In this document: piece after piece, positions 55,752 through 64,000 of the stretch
How the letters are laid out: each line of letters begins with the position of its first letter
Numbering within the stretch: position 1 is the stretch's first letter
Source: a virus
Strand: one strand, 5' to 3'
Length of the DNA stretch: 64,000 bases
IMG/VR virus record: IMGVR_UViG_3300027790_000002
Translations under genes and position numbers: made by a program
Notes under the pieces: generated by a model
The model's input: only the letters and a program-made list of their open reading frames with translations
Database searches by the model: none
Told to the model about the DNA's origin: nothing

Positions 55752-56159
55752 TCAGCGGGGCGACGGCGGGGTGCGCACGGGGTTGCCGAAGCCGCCCTCG
55801 TACTTGGCAGCAATCTTGCTGTTGCAGCGCCGACTGGCCGGGCGCCAGTTGGTGACATCCCAGAAAAGCCGCAGGGCTTCCGCCAGCGTCTTGGCGAGCC
55901 GCGGCGCTTTGAAGTGGTGGACCATGTTCGCACGCTGGCCACAGCCGCAAAAACACAGCTCATTGCCCGGGATAGCGAGGAAGGCCGCGCCTTCGTCTTT
56001 CCAGCGCTTGCTGCGGTACTGGGCGCGCAGCGGGTCATTCCTGCGCCGGCGGTCGGCTGCCTGTTTGTCCGCTTTGCGTTTTCTGTCGCGTTCGCTTTTG
56101 ATGCCGTGCGGAAAGGGATTGTGACGGCGCGGCAGCTCGCCCATGTCATGCCGCCCCAT
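55752..56159 (-). CDS. HNH endonuclease
   Basis: CFCGCGQ...HH...N...RRCN Cys/His box; classic position next to terminase. Confidence 0.75.
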   Translation of the reverse strand: MGRHDMGELPRRHNPFPHGIKSERDRKRKADKQAADRRRRNDPLRAQYRSKRWKDEGAAFLAIPGNELCFCGCGQRANMVHHFKAPRLAKTLAEALRLFWDVTNWRPASRRCNSKIAAKYEGGFGNPVRTPPSPR

Positions 56160-56445
56160 CCTCGCCCGCGCTGTCTTGCTGCGGCGGGGCTGGCGGGCGT
56201 TTGCACGGGGCGGGCCGCCACAGGTCCACGCCCGATTGCTTCATCACCTGCACCATGCCCTTGGAGCGAAGCATGGACAGCACGCGGTCGACGCCTTCCG
56301 GCTGGGCGGCCAGCGCCTTGGCGATGTTCTTTGACGGCGTCCAGTGGTTCTTGTTCAGGAAGGCGTACACGGCGGCCTCATTGCCTGAAAGGCTGGCGAC
56401 CAGTTCGGCGCGTTCCTCAACCGTCTGCAGGTTTGCCCCGGTCAT
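56146..56445 (-). CDS. winged-helix-like small protein
   Basis: ORF track. Confidence 0.35.
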   Translation of the reverse strand: MTGANLQTVEERAELVASLSGNEAAVYAFLNKNHWTPSKNIAKALAAQPEGVDRVLSMLRSKGMVQVMKQSGVDLWRPAPCKRPPAPPQQDSAGEDGAA

Positions 56446-57332
56446 GCGGCCCTCGCTTCCTGAAATTCGTCCCAGAGCGCTTGCGCCGCTTCCTCAAGGC
56501 CGTTGAACAGCCGGTCCCAGTGTTGCTCTTCACGCCAGTCGGTCACGCGCTGCGCAATGCGGCTGACCGCGCTCGATTCCAGACCGAACGGCGCGGCGCA
56601 GCGTGGCTGCGAAATGCCGAGGCCAATGTGCAGGACGTACAGCGCCGCCGACCGGGCATCGCGAGCGATAACGCGCGCTTGCCCCTTCATGTTGTCGGCG
56701 TCCCACATGTCGGCGAAGTTCGCGCCGAATGAGCCGCCCACCATACAGGCCACAGCCACAACGGCAGGCTCTGCAGACGGGGCCACAGCGCGGGCCCTTG
56801 CATCCCCAAACAGCAGGTCAAAGCGCTGCCTGGCTGTCTCAATAAGGGTTTCCTCGTCATCGACAGCGCCCCCCGTATTGGCCACACGCTCATGCACAGC
56901 GCCCCCTGACGCCAGCTTACGCCGCAGGGTGCTGGCGTCGCTGCGCCGCATTTCGGGGTTGATTTCGCCGCTTTCCACACAGGCGTCGAACTGGTCCAGC
57001 GTAAGGCTGGTCAGCTGCACAAGCGTGCTGTAGGCGTTCGGCAGGCTGGGCAGCAATTCCGCAACGTGTTGCGGATTTCCCAAGCGTTCATGGCTGGCAA
57101 TCGCCATCATGTTTTGCGCGCTGCGCTCGCTGAACCGCAAAACGCCCTGATCGAAAAGGCGGCCCCACTCGCCATGGGGCAGGGCCTTTTTCGCTTCCAG
57201 CAAGTGCCGGCCCGTTTCGATGACGGCAAGAACGGAACAGCCATAACAGTGGTTTATGGCCTTGGCCCATTCGTTGCCGTCCGACGGGTCTTTGACCACA
57301 GGCACGGCGTCCTGCAACACAACTGCCGTCAT
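56442..57332 (-). CDS. DUF3102-family phage protein
   Basis: N-terminal region matches DUF3102-type helical domain. Confidence 0.45.
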   Translation of the reverse strand: MTAVVLQDAVPVVKDPSDGNEWAKAINHCYGCSVLAVIETGRHLLEAKKALPHGEWGRLFDQGVLRFSERSAQNMMAIASHERLGNPQHVAELLPSLPNAYSTLVQLTSLTLDQFDACVESGEINPEMRRSDASTLRRKLASGGAVHERVANTGGAVDDEETLIETARQRFDLLFGDARARAVAPSAEPAVVAVACMVGGSFGANFADMWDADNMKGQARVIARDARSAALYVLHIGLGISQPRCAAPFGLESSAVSRIAQRVTDWREEQHWDRLFNGLEEAAQALWDEFQEARAA

Positions 57333-57336
57333 GGGG

Positions 57337-57684
57337 CTATTCGGCGGCGATGGTGACCGGCGCCACGCCAGCCCCGGCGACTACTGCCGACAGCGCGCCT
57401 TGGCGCGTGCGGCGAATGGTGACCGCGATAACGACTTCGCGTTTTTCCGCAACCGCTTTGGCGGCTTCGGCGTCAACAGCGGCGATGGCTTCGTTGATTT
57501 TCTTGCGCGCCGACGTGCTGAATTTTCCGAAAAGGTCGCCCTCTTGGGTCAACACATCGGAAGCCGCCGGCGTGTCGGCGGGCGCTGTTTCCGTCGGCAC
57601 GGTTTCTGCTGCGGTTTCCTGCGCCGGCGTGTCGGCGGCGTCGCCGATGTCACTGTTGCGCGTCGAAAAGCGGTCCTTAGCCAT
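57337..57684 (-). CDS. hypothetical protein (start likely MAKDRF)
   Basis: C-terminal half of ORF 57337..57906. Confidence 0.35.
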   Translation of the reverse strand: MAKDRFSTRNSDIGDAADTPAQETAAETVPTETAPADTPAASDVLTQEGDLFGKFSTSARKKINEAIAAVDAEAAKAVAEKREVVIAVTIRRTRQGALSAVVAGAGVAPVTIAAE

Positions 57685-58306
57685 GCGGGTCTCCCGTTGT
57701 TTCGTTTTCCAAATCAAGGTGCGCCAATTCAAGCCGCCTTGACTCAAGGGCCCCGTGGTCGAGCGCTGGCCGCGCCGGGTCGAAAATATCAGGCGCATGT
57801 GCCCGCGCGAGCTCGCGCAGGTTTTCGATATTGGCAAACGCCTGCCAGTCATAAGTGAGGGTTTTTGTGTGTCGTTTCCCTTTCGATATGAGGCATGAAA
57901 CGACATTGCGGTCCGGCAGTCGCTGGGCGCAGGCCCAAACGCCGACCTGCGTGGTTATCGGCACGGCTTGCGGCATCCACAGCACAGGCCGCCCATGCAC
58001 TACATTGAAGGCGAGCGCCACGCGGCCTGCGTAAAACAGCAGCTGCAGAATCAGCAAAGCGCTATCGACCGGCGCCGCCATGCGGCGGGCCAACATGCCG
58101 GCGGTGATGCCGGGCGAGCGGCCGAGCATGCCAAGCGCTGTTTTGTTGATGGGCAGGTCCACATGCGCCAGACCAAGCCGCTGCAGCTTGCTGCGCAGCG
58201 CGCCGTCGGTCATGGCCCACAGCGCGCCGTCGGCGTTCTGCACTTCGGCGGGATCTCCGCAGTAGCGCTCGAAATAGTCGGACAGAGTGCGGGCGTTCCA
58301 ACTCAC
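57677..58306 (-). CDS. hypothetical protein (209 aa)
   Basis: ORF track. Confidence 0.4.
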   Translation of the reverse strand: MSWNARTLSDYFERYCGDPAEVQNADGALWAMTDGALRSKLQRLGLAHVDLPINKTALGMLGRSPGITAGMLARRMAAPVDSALLILQLLFYAGRVALAFNVVHGRPVLWMPQAVPITTQVGVWACAQRLPDRNVVSCLISKGKRHTKTLTYDWQAFANIENLRELARAHAPDIFDPARPALDHGALESRRLELAHLDLENETTGDPHG

Positions 58307-58389
58307 CGGCTCTTAACCTCGCTTAACGCAAGGTTAAAATCGCCTGTGTCGCCGCAATGGTCAATCGGGGGCCAAAGCCCCCGCTTTCC

Positions 58390-58702
58390 TTACAGGTGGG
58401 TGTCCAGCCCCGTAACTTCGGTAAAGATGCGCTGCAGGTCTTCGGCGTAGGCGCCAGCGGTTTCGTTCAGTTTGTGCATGCCAAAATTGGCGCCGCGTCC
58501 CAGTTTCCAGAACTCCACCGTGTAAGTGTCGTCACCGCGCAGCGCAATAACGCAGTGGGTGGCCTTCGCCTTGTTGCGGCGCACCTGAAAACTCAGGCCG
58601 TCGCCGCGATTAACGAAACTGTGCGAACCGGTCATGGCGGTGAATTTGTTGCCGCCAAGCTGCTGCAGTATGGTGCGGGCGATTTGTGTGTCGTTGCTCA
58701 TT
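58390..58702 (-). CDS. hypothetical protein (104 aa)
   Basis: ATG 58702 behind GAGGGGGGGG SD; the longer ORF 58390..59058 runs antisense through the repeat cassette. Confidence 0.4.
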
Positions 58703-58714
58703 TTCGCCCCCCCC

Positions 58715-58942
58715 TCAATATGCGTGAAATTCGTTGAAATAGACGCCAATCGGGCTGCCGCTCGAAGGGCGTTCACTGCGGATAGCGTCCACATGCACAT
58801 GATAGCGCTCGCCATCTTCGTCCACAAATTCAACCAGCCCGTTTTTGTCCACGTTCGTGACAGTTCCCTCAACCGTAGGGAACATGGCGCCGTAGTTGGC
58901 ATAGAGTTTGAAGCCGCAAAGTTCTTTAGGGTTGGCAAGCAT
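58715..58942 (-). CDS. cassette-driven ORF 5 (75 aa)
   Basis: ATG fused to minus-strand cassette copy 5. Confidence 0.45.
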   Translation of the reverse strand: MLANPKELCGFKLYANYGAMFPTVEGTVTNVDKNGLVEFVDEDGERYHVHVDAIRSERPSSGSPIGVYFNEFHAY

Positions 58943-59019
58943 TGGTCTGTCTCCAATTCCGGTTCGGCCCTGCGCCGTTCCATGTCCCTAATGTGGGACA
59001 TTTGCCGGGAATTGTCAAG
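58940..59019 (-). promoter_or_regulatory. repeat cassette copy 5 (minus strand)
   Basis: reverse complement gives TTGACA-N17-palindrome-leader-GGAG-ATG identical to plus-strand copies. Confidence 0.6.
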
Positions 59020-59635
59020 CGCCAATTTCGATTTTTTCATCGAATTTGGTGGCCTCATTTCCCCAGCTATCCCAGCCCGGACGCGACTGCCGGCTGAACA
59101 GGTCGGCGCGGCGCATGGCCGTGGGCGGCGTCAGGCGTTCCGCCACCGCATAGGCTTCGTCCGGCTTGCGGCTGTGTTCGCGCGCTGGCGCGGTGATGAC
59201 GCTGCGCACATTCGCCGGCGACGGCGTCGGCGGGTTGCCGACCACGCCGATAAGGAAAGGCTCGTTGCTGCTGCGCAGCCAGTAGCCGGTGCCAAAAAAC
59301 GGCTTGCCGGTCGCCGTCGTCTTCACCCATGTGCCGGCGGTCACAAAGCGAAAGCCCCAGGCGTCCATGACCTCAAACGCTTCGCGCAGCATTGGATTGG
59401 TGGCCCATAGGAACAGGACGCAATCGCGCCCGGCCAGCTGGTTGACAGGCAGCGCCTTGATGTCTTCCAGCGGCATGCAGTCATATTTGGCGCTGGCGTT
59501 CTTGAGTTCGCCCTTTTTCGACCAGTTGTCGAACTTCCACGCCGGGTCGGCCATTATCATGCCGTATTGCATCATGGGCATGGAACCGAACGGCCACTCG
59601 TCACGCACCGTTTGCCACCGCCGCGAAATCCACAA
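59015..59635 (-). CDS. MT-A70-family N6-adenine DNA methyltransferase
   Basis: IMADPAWKF (DPPW motif), LFLWAT, C-terminal EHSRKP. Confidence 0.8.
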   Translation of the reverse strand: MWISRRWQTVRDEWPFGSMPMMQYGMIMADPAWKFDNWSKKGELKNASAKYDCMPLEDIKALPVNQLAGRDCVLFLWATNPMLREAFEVMDAWGFRFVTAGTWVKTTATGKPFFGTGYWLRSSNEPFLIGVVGNPPTPSPANVRSVITAPAREHSRKPDEAYAVAERLTPPTAMRRADLFSRQSRPGWDSWGNEATKFDEKIEIGA

Positions 59636-60068
59636 CGCTGTCCTTGCGCCGTATCGGCAGCGTCATGCGAATTTGAAACCTGTATTCCGCCTCTTCATAT
59701 TCCGGTATTGTGACGATAGGCGCGTCGTCAAACCGCTGCTGGCGCCATTCGGCGACAATAAGCGGGTGCGCAATAATGCTGGCCTTTGGCGTTTTCGGGC
59801 ACAGCAACAGCGCCGCCGGCACGCGCGGCTTTTCCTGTGCGCCATACCGTTTCAGCAGCTTTTTGTGCAGGCGCTTTGACCGGTAAGGCGATGGCTTGAA
59901 ATAATACCCGCCGCTGACGGTGGCGTGCGGACTCTCAACAACCGGAATGCCGGCGAAACGGGCCATCGGCGCGCCCATGTTCCACGGCGGGTCTGTCAGC
60001 ATCGGGTTGGTCATGGCTTCGCCTTTCGTTGGCTTCAAGTTCTCGCCTGATTTCCGGGTGCATGCCAA
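59601..60068 (-). CDS. DPPW-motif protein, possible second/truncated methyltransferase
   Basis: MLTDPPWNMG; overlaps both neighbours, start uncertain. Confidence 0.3.
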   Translation of the reverse strand: MACTRKSGENLKPTKGEAMTNPMLTDPPWNMGAPMARFAGIPVVESPHATVSGGYYFKPSPYRSKRLHKKLLKRYGAQEKPRVPAALLLCPKTPKASIIAHPLIVAEWRQQRFDDAPIVTIPEYEEAEYRFQIRMTLPIRRKDSVVDFAAVANGA

Positions 60069-60270
60069 GCAAGGCGACGACGATTTGGCCCGCCGTCATC
60101 TGGCCGCTGCGTAGCATGTCGAGAATTTCGCCGGCGCTGTATTTCACCGGCGCGTAATTCAGGCACTGCCGGACTTCATGGGGCAGTTGGTCGAACGCCT
60201 TAACGTCCCGATCGGTGTTGATGCGAAGGTCGCGCCCCTCCACATAATCGCCGCCGTTGTAACGCGTCAT
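59935..60270 (-). CDS. hypothetical protein (conflicts with 59601..60068 over 134 nt)
   Basis: ORF track; N-terminal two thirds look protein-like, C-terminus low complexity. Confidence 0.3.
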   Translation of the reverse strand: MTRYNGGDYVEGRDLRINTDRDVKAFDQLPHEVRQCLNYAPVKYSAGEILDMLRSGQMTAGQIVVALLGMHPEIRRELEANERRSHDQPDADRPAVEHGRADGPFRRHSGC

Positions 60271-61982
60271 GTGGCCCTCGCCAGATACATTTCCGCCAGT
60301 TTCTTGATGCGCGACTCGTCCCGCGTGACCGGCGCCAGCGACTTGCCCGGGTCCACAATGCCGCGCGCCTGGTCTGTCTTCACGCCCAGCAGTTCAATCA
60401 TGGCCGGGTCGCTGCCGCCGTCGGCATGCAAAACGTGCATGGTGACAGCTTTCTCTTGTCCCCAGCGCCGCAAACGGCCCGCCAACTGTTTATGAACCTG
60501 CGGCGACCAGTCGAGTTCGCCCAGCACAAGGTCGCTGCAGACATGCTGCAGCTTGTCCAGACCGGCGCCGGACCGCAGCGATATGAGCATCACCCGCGAT
60601 GACCCTTCCACAAAGGCGCGCTTGCTCTTGCGCTTGCGGCCGGGGCTTTCGCTGCCGGAATACATCACCGGGTCGTACCGCGCCAGGCGCGCCATGAGGA
60701 TGTCGTACACGTCGCGGTGCCAGACGCCCACCAGCACCTTTTCCGTTTCCTGCAGCAGCATTTCGACATAGGCGGCCACATGGCGGGCTTTGGCGACGCC
60801 GGTCACCTGCCGCAGCTTCATGTCGAGTTCGCGCGCGGCCTGTCCGCGTTCGGTGAAGCTGCCGCGCAGCACCTGCTGGGCGAGCGCCACCATGAGCGTG
60901 CGGGCGTCTTCCTCCACATCGGCGTCGTAGGGAATTTCGACCGGCAGCGTGTTGAGCGGCGGCATTTCCTTGCCGACTTCCTCATCGTCTTCGGTGCGCC
61001 GCAGCGTCAGGTTCTGGTCAGCGAGATACGCGCCCAGCGCGTCCGGGTCATTCACCGTCTTGCCGCCAATGTCGCACCATTCAATGGCGAACTCTTCCCA
61101 GCTGCCAAGCGCGCCGGGCTCTATGAAATTCATGACGTTCCACATTTCCGCGCCGTAATTGTAAACCGGCGTGGCGGTCAGCCCCATGCGGAACTCGGCC
61201 AGGTTGGCGAACATCGACCCGGCCTGCCCTTTGTTTGTCCCTCGCCCGTGCCGGTATTCCTGCACTTCGTCCATTATGAAGCTGCGGAACATGCCGGTCG
61301 CAGCCACATCGACCCAGCCGGCAATATTTGAATATCTGAATATGTAGATGTCCGCTTCCGGCAGGTCATACGGCTTGGTGCCCTTGATGACGTGCGCGCG
61401 CAAATGCGTGAACGGCTCCACATATTCCTCAACCCACTGTTCGGCCAAGTGCGCCTGCACCACCACCGCCGCCGGCAGCGGCGCGCCTTTCGATGTCAGG
61501 GCCGCGAGCGCGGAAATCGTCTTGCCCAGCCCCACGTCGTCCAGCAGCAGCAGCCTGCCATAGCAAAGCCCAAGCGAGGCCGCGCGCTGCTGAAAGCGCC
61601 ACGGGGCCTCGCCTTCCCTGAAACCGTGATGGCCCGTCGGCTTCCAGTCCGGCAGCAGGATGCGGCCGGCTTCGGCCTGCAGGCGGTGCATGGCGGCCTC
61701 GCCTTCGGACAGCCGGCGCAGATAGTCCGGAGCGGCGCGAAGCGGGAACCGCTGCATGAACCAGTTGAGGTCGGCGCACATGTCCCGGGTGTCGGACACG
61801 CACAAGAGGCCGCCGAGGCCCTGTGCGATGCGTGGAAACATGCGCTTGAACTTGATGGCGGCGTGGGGCTCCAAGTCTTCAATGCCCCACATGCGGGCGT
61901 TTTCATCGTACAGCAGCTTGCCGTAGGTCCGGCTTAAATCCCCGCCGCCCGCTCCATGATTGCCCGCTTCAAACGGCGCCAT
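60267..61982 (-). CDS. SNF2-family DNA helicase
   Basis: motif I LLLDDVGLGKT, motif II FIMDEVQEY, helicase-C block GAGLDKLQHVCSDLVLGELDWSPQ. Confidence 0.85.
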   Translation of the reverse strand: MAPFEAGNHGAGGGDLSRTYGKLLYDENARMWGIEDLEPHAAIKFKRMFPRIAQGLGGLLCVSDTRDMCADLNWFMQRFPLRAAPDYLRRLSEGEAAMHRLQAEAGRILLPDWKPTGHHGFREGEAPWRFQQRAASLGLCYGRLLLLDDVGLGKTISALAALTSKGAPLPAAVVVQAHLAEQWVEEYVEPFTHLRAHVIKGTKPYDLPEADIYIFRYSNIAGWVDVAATGMFRSFIMDEVQEYRHGRGTNKGQAGSMFANLAEFRMGLTATPVYNYGAEMWNVMNFIEPGALGSWEEFAIEWCDIGGKTVNDPDALGAYLADQNLTLRRTEDDEEVGKEMPPLNTLPVEIPYDADVEEDARTLMVALAQQVLRGSFTERGQAARELDMKLRQVTGVAKARHVAAYVEMLLQETEKVLVGVWHRDVYDILMARLARYDPVMYSGSESPGRKRKSKRAFVEGSSRVMLISLRSGAGLDKLQHVCSDLVLGELDWSPQVHKQLAGRLRRWGQEKAVTMHVLHADGGSDPAMIELLGVKTDQARGIVDPGKSLAPVTRDESRIKKLAEMYLARAT

Positions 61983-62188
61983 AACCGGTATGTCCCCTTA
62001 CAGCCCTTGCCATAACGCCGACCGCGCCGGCGCGCCCTGTGATATGCGCGGCGCATGCGCTTGGGCGCCAAGGCCCAGTGCATGCCGCAAATCCATTCAT
62101 CGTCGCCGGACGCAAGGCGCCCGGCCCCTATGGTGCGCCGGCAGAACGGCACGCAGCAATTCACGCGCTGTTCGCCGGCGCTGTCCAT
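61934..62188 (-). CDS. small Cys-rich basic protein (84 aa)
   Basis: ORF track; CCVPFC...CGMHW. Confidence 0.35.
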   Translation of the reverse strand: MDSAGEQRVNCCVPFCRRTIGAGRLASGDDEWICGMHWALAPKRMRRAYHRARRRGRRYGKGCKGTYRLWRRLKRAIMERAAGI

Positions 62189-62197
62189 GGGGTGAAG

Positions 62198-63061
62198 TTA
62201 CTGCCCTGTGGGTATCTGCATGAAGGGCACGGCGGCGCCGGGCACCTGCGTGGTGGGCAGCTTGCCGTCCCACTTCTCCGCCGCCACCAGCGCGACCAAG
62301 TCGGGATTGTCGCGCAGGGCCTGACCGCGCGCTTCAATCGCCGCCGCTTCGGCTTCCCCGGCGAGGCGCACGCGCTCCGCTTCGGCCTGCGCCTGCACGA
62401 CCTTGATGTCAGCCTGCAGCTTTTCGCGTTCAAGGTTCTGCTGGACCTTTTCAACCTCCACCTGCGCTTTCATCCGGTCTTCCACGGATTGTTCGTAGGC
62501 GTCGGAAAAAGCGATGTCCTGCACTTGCACGCTTTCGATAAGCACGGGGCCGGTAATGCTCCTTATAAGTTCGTCCAAATCAGCGTTGAACTTCGCGCGT
62601 TCCTGAATGGCGGTGACCGCATTGTATTGGCCAAAAATGGTTTTAAGCCCTTCAAGCGCCTTTGGTGTCACCACCGAGTCCGCGTAACCTTCGACATCCT
62701 TGTATTCGCCATAAAGCATGATGACAGACGCTTGGTCGGACAATGCCTTAAAGCAGATTTTCATTTGCAGCATGGCGGGCTGCTGGTCTTTGGAATACGC
62801 CTGCAGCGAGTTTTTCCCGTCCCATTCCTTGCATTTGACGCGCACGGATACGCTGCGCGCGCTTTCCATGAACGGCACTTTCCAGTGAAGGCCGGGGCCG
62901 GTTACTTCCTTGGCCGCGCCCCATTCAAGAACTACGGCGCGCTCGCCTTCGTCCACGGTGTAGAACGACCCGAATATGGTCATGGCCCCGACTATCAGGA
63001 CCACGCCGGCGGCGATGCTAGCTATCAGCTTTGTCGGTGTCATCGTCTTTGGTTTCTCCAT
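62198..63061 (-). CDS. SPFH / band-7 (prohibitin/HflC-like) protein with N-terminal TM anchor
   Basis: LIASIAAGVVLIVGAMTIF helix; YTVDEGERAVVLEWG band-7 start; long Ala/Glu/Gln coiled coil at C-terminus. Confidence 0.8.
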   Translation of the reverse strand: MEKPKTMTPTKLIASIAAGVVLIVGAMTIFGSFYTVDEGERAVVLEWGAAKEVTGPGLHWKVPFMESARSVSVRVKCKEWDGKNSLQAYSKDQQPAMLQMKICFKALSDQASVIMLYGEYKDVEGYADSVVTPKALEGLKTIFGQYNAVTAIQERAKFNADLDELIRSITGPVLIESVQVQDIAFSDAYEQSVEDRMKAQVEVEKVQQNLEREKLQADIKVVQAQAEAERVRLAGEAEAAAIEARGQALRDNPDLVALVAAEKWDGKLPTTQVPGAAVPFMQIPTGQ

Positions 63062-63163
63062 TAGGCGGCAATTGCAGCCGCACGTTGCTGATTAGATAAA
63101 ACACACTGAACGCCAGCAGGCTCAGCAACACCGACCCGCCGACCAACGCCAGAATTTTCATGA
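63062..63163 (-). CDS. 33-aa single-TM peptide upstream of SPFH gene
   Basis: MKILALVGGSVLLSLLAFSVFYLISNVRLQLPP; TAATG overlap with SPFH start. Confidence 0.3.
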
Positions 63164-63173
63164 CAAGACTCCC

Positions 63174-63545
63174 TTATTCCTGCTTACGCTCGCGCTGCCC
63201 CAGACTGCCGGCCTGCCGCAGCGCGATTTCTTCGGCAAACTTAAGCCGCGCCCGCAACGACTGCGCGTCGGGGGCGATGCCGCAGCGCGTCAATTCTTCA
63301 TATAGGCGCTCGGCTTCCTCGTTTCCAATGACCGGAAACAGAGCCTCGTCATCGGTCAGCAGCGGCGACACGGCCTCATATTCTGGCAACACTTCGCCAG
63401 GCTGCAGAGTCATTAACTGGCGCGAGCCGTGGCGGTCCTTGCGGTAAATGACCAGCTGTAGCCGGCAAGTGTCGAACGCCACACGCCGGAACGGGAAAAT
63501 CACCAGCTTGGCGCTGGCGTCGTCAAATTGCACAGCGTCCGTCAT
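63174..63545 (-). CDS. hypothetical protein (123 aa)
   Basis: ORF track. Confidence 0.4.
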   Translation of the reverse strand: MTDAVQFDDASAKLVIFPFRRVAFDTCRLQLVIYRKDRHGSRQLMTLQPGEVLPEYEAVSPLLTDDEALFPVIGNEEAERLYEELTRCGIAPDAQSLRARLKFAEEIALRQAGSLGQRERKQE

Positions 63546-63560
63546 AACGGTTTCCTTTCA

Positions 63561-63956
63561 TCAAAAGCCATAAGAGCGCAGGCGCCGGGCGTCGGCTTCC
63601 AGCCGCACGCAATAACCGTGCGTTTTCAGATCTCGCTGCCAGTAAAGGGCATACCCGCACAGGCGCTGATTGCCGTCTTTCTGTTCGGTCCAGCCGTTTT
63701 CACGGGCCCACGCCGTGCGGTCCGCTAGTTGCTTTTTTCTCAGGCCGAGGTTTCCCGGCATGTCAGCAAGCTTGCCATTGTCGCCATATTGCGTCGCAAC
63801 GTCGGCGGCCAGCACGTCGATATGTTCGCATTCCGTGACATATTCAAAGGCGGCGCAGCGCACGCCGGCGCAGACCCGTTCAGGGGCGATGCCGTAAGGG
63901 CACAGTTCACACGCCTTGTTGTTGATAATCTGAATGGGTTTGCAAAGTCTGTTCAT
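63561..63956 (-). CDS. Cys-rich hypothetical protein (131 aa)
   Basis: ORF track. Confidence 0.4.
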   Translation of the reverse strand: MNRLCKPIQIINNKACELCPYGIAPERVCAGVRCAAFEYVTECEHIDVLAADVATQYGDNGKLADMPGNLGLRKKQLADRTAWARENGWTEQKDGNQRLCGYALYWQRDLKTHGYCVRLEADARRLRSYGF

Positions 63957-64000
63957 AGATGCGCCAGTCCCGGTGAAACATAATAAAGCGGCGTGCCGTC
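63953..64000 (-). CDS. partial CDS (C-terminal end ...YYVSPGLAHL*), start beyond window
   Basis: open minus-strand frame to window edge. Confidence 0.3.
   Translation of the reverse strand, partial: DGTPLYYVSPGLAHL

Noticed and set aside
1-64000. CRISPR arrays, IS elements, rRNA
   Set aside because: No direct-repeat/spacer periodicity, no transposase-like ORF or terminal inverted repeats, no rRNA-like conserved stretches seen.

Overview
This ~62% GC window appears to be phage-derived from end to end. It most likely belongs to a large temperate siphovirus-type (pro)phage of an alphaproteobacterium. Host-lineage clues are a Ros/MucR homolog, a two-piece permuted tmRNA ending ...LAA, and a tRNA-His with A73 and no encoded G-1. 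Layout: (i) 0.2-10.6 kb, plus-strand small early/accessory genes (ASCH, DUF5131/Gp37Gp68, MucR-like, GroES-like, many ORFans). (ii) 10.7-11.9 kb and 14.4-15.8 kb, two tRNA arrays (24 tRNAs, all 20 amino acids), flanking a six-gene minus-strand moron operon headed by a serine-recombinase-like gene. (iii) 16.5-25.4 kb, tyrosine integrase, P-loop ATPase, DUF1643, small membrane/secreted proteins, then a minus-strand tmRNA. (iv) 26.7-30.2 kb, lysis cassette (GH24 endolysin, holin-like proteins, overlapping spanins). (v) 30.2-53.7 kb minus strand, tail module with a 2056-aa tape measure, HK97-type capsid, ClpP-type prohead protease, portal, TerL/TerS. (vi) 54-64 kb, ParB-domain DNA methyltransferase, HNH endonuclease, DUF3102, MT-A70 methyltransferase, SNF2 helicase, SPFH/band-7 protein. 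The strongest unexplained signal is an ~80-bp promoter/palindromic-operator/leader/RBS cassette present in five near-identical copies, each fused at a fixed distance to the ATG of an unrelated small ORF. All RNA structures were folded by hand and coordinates are approximate to a few nt.
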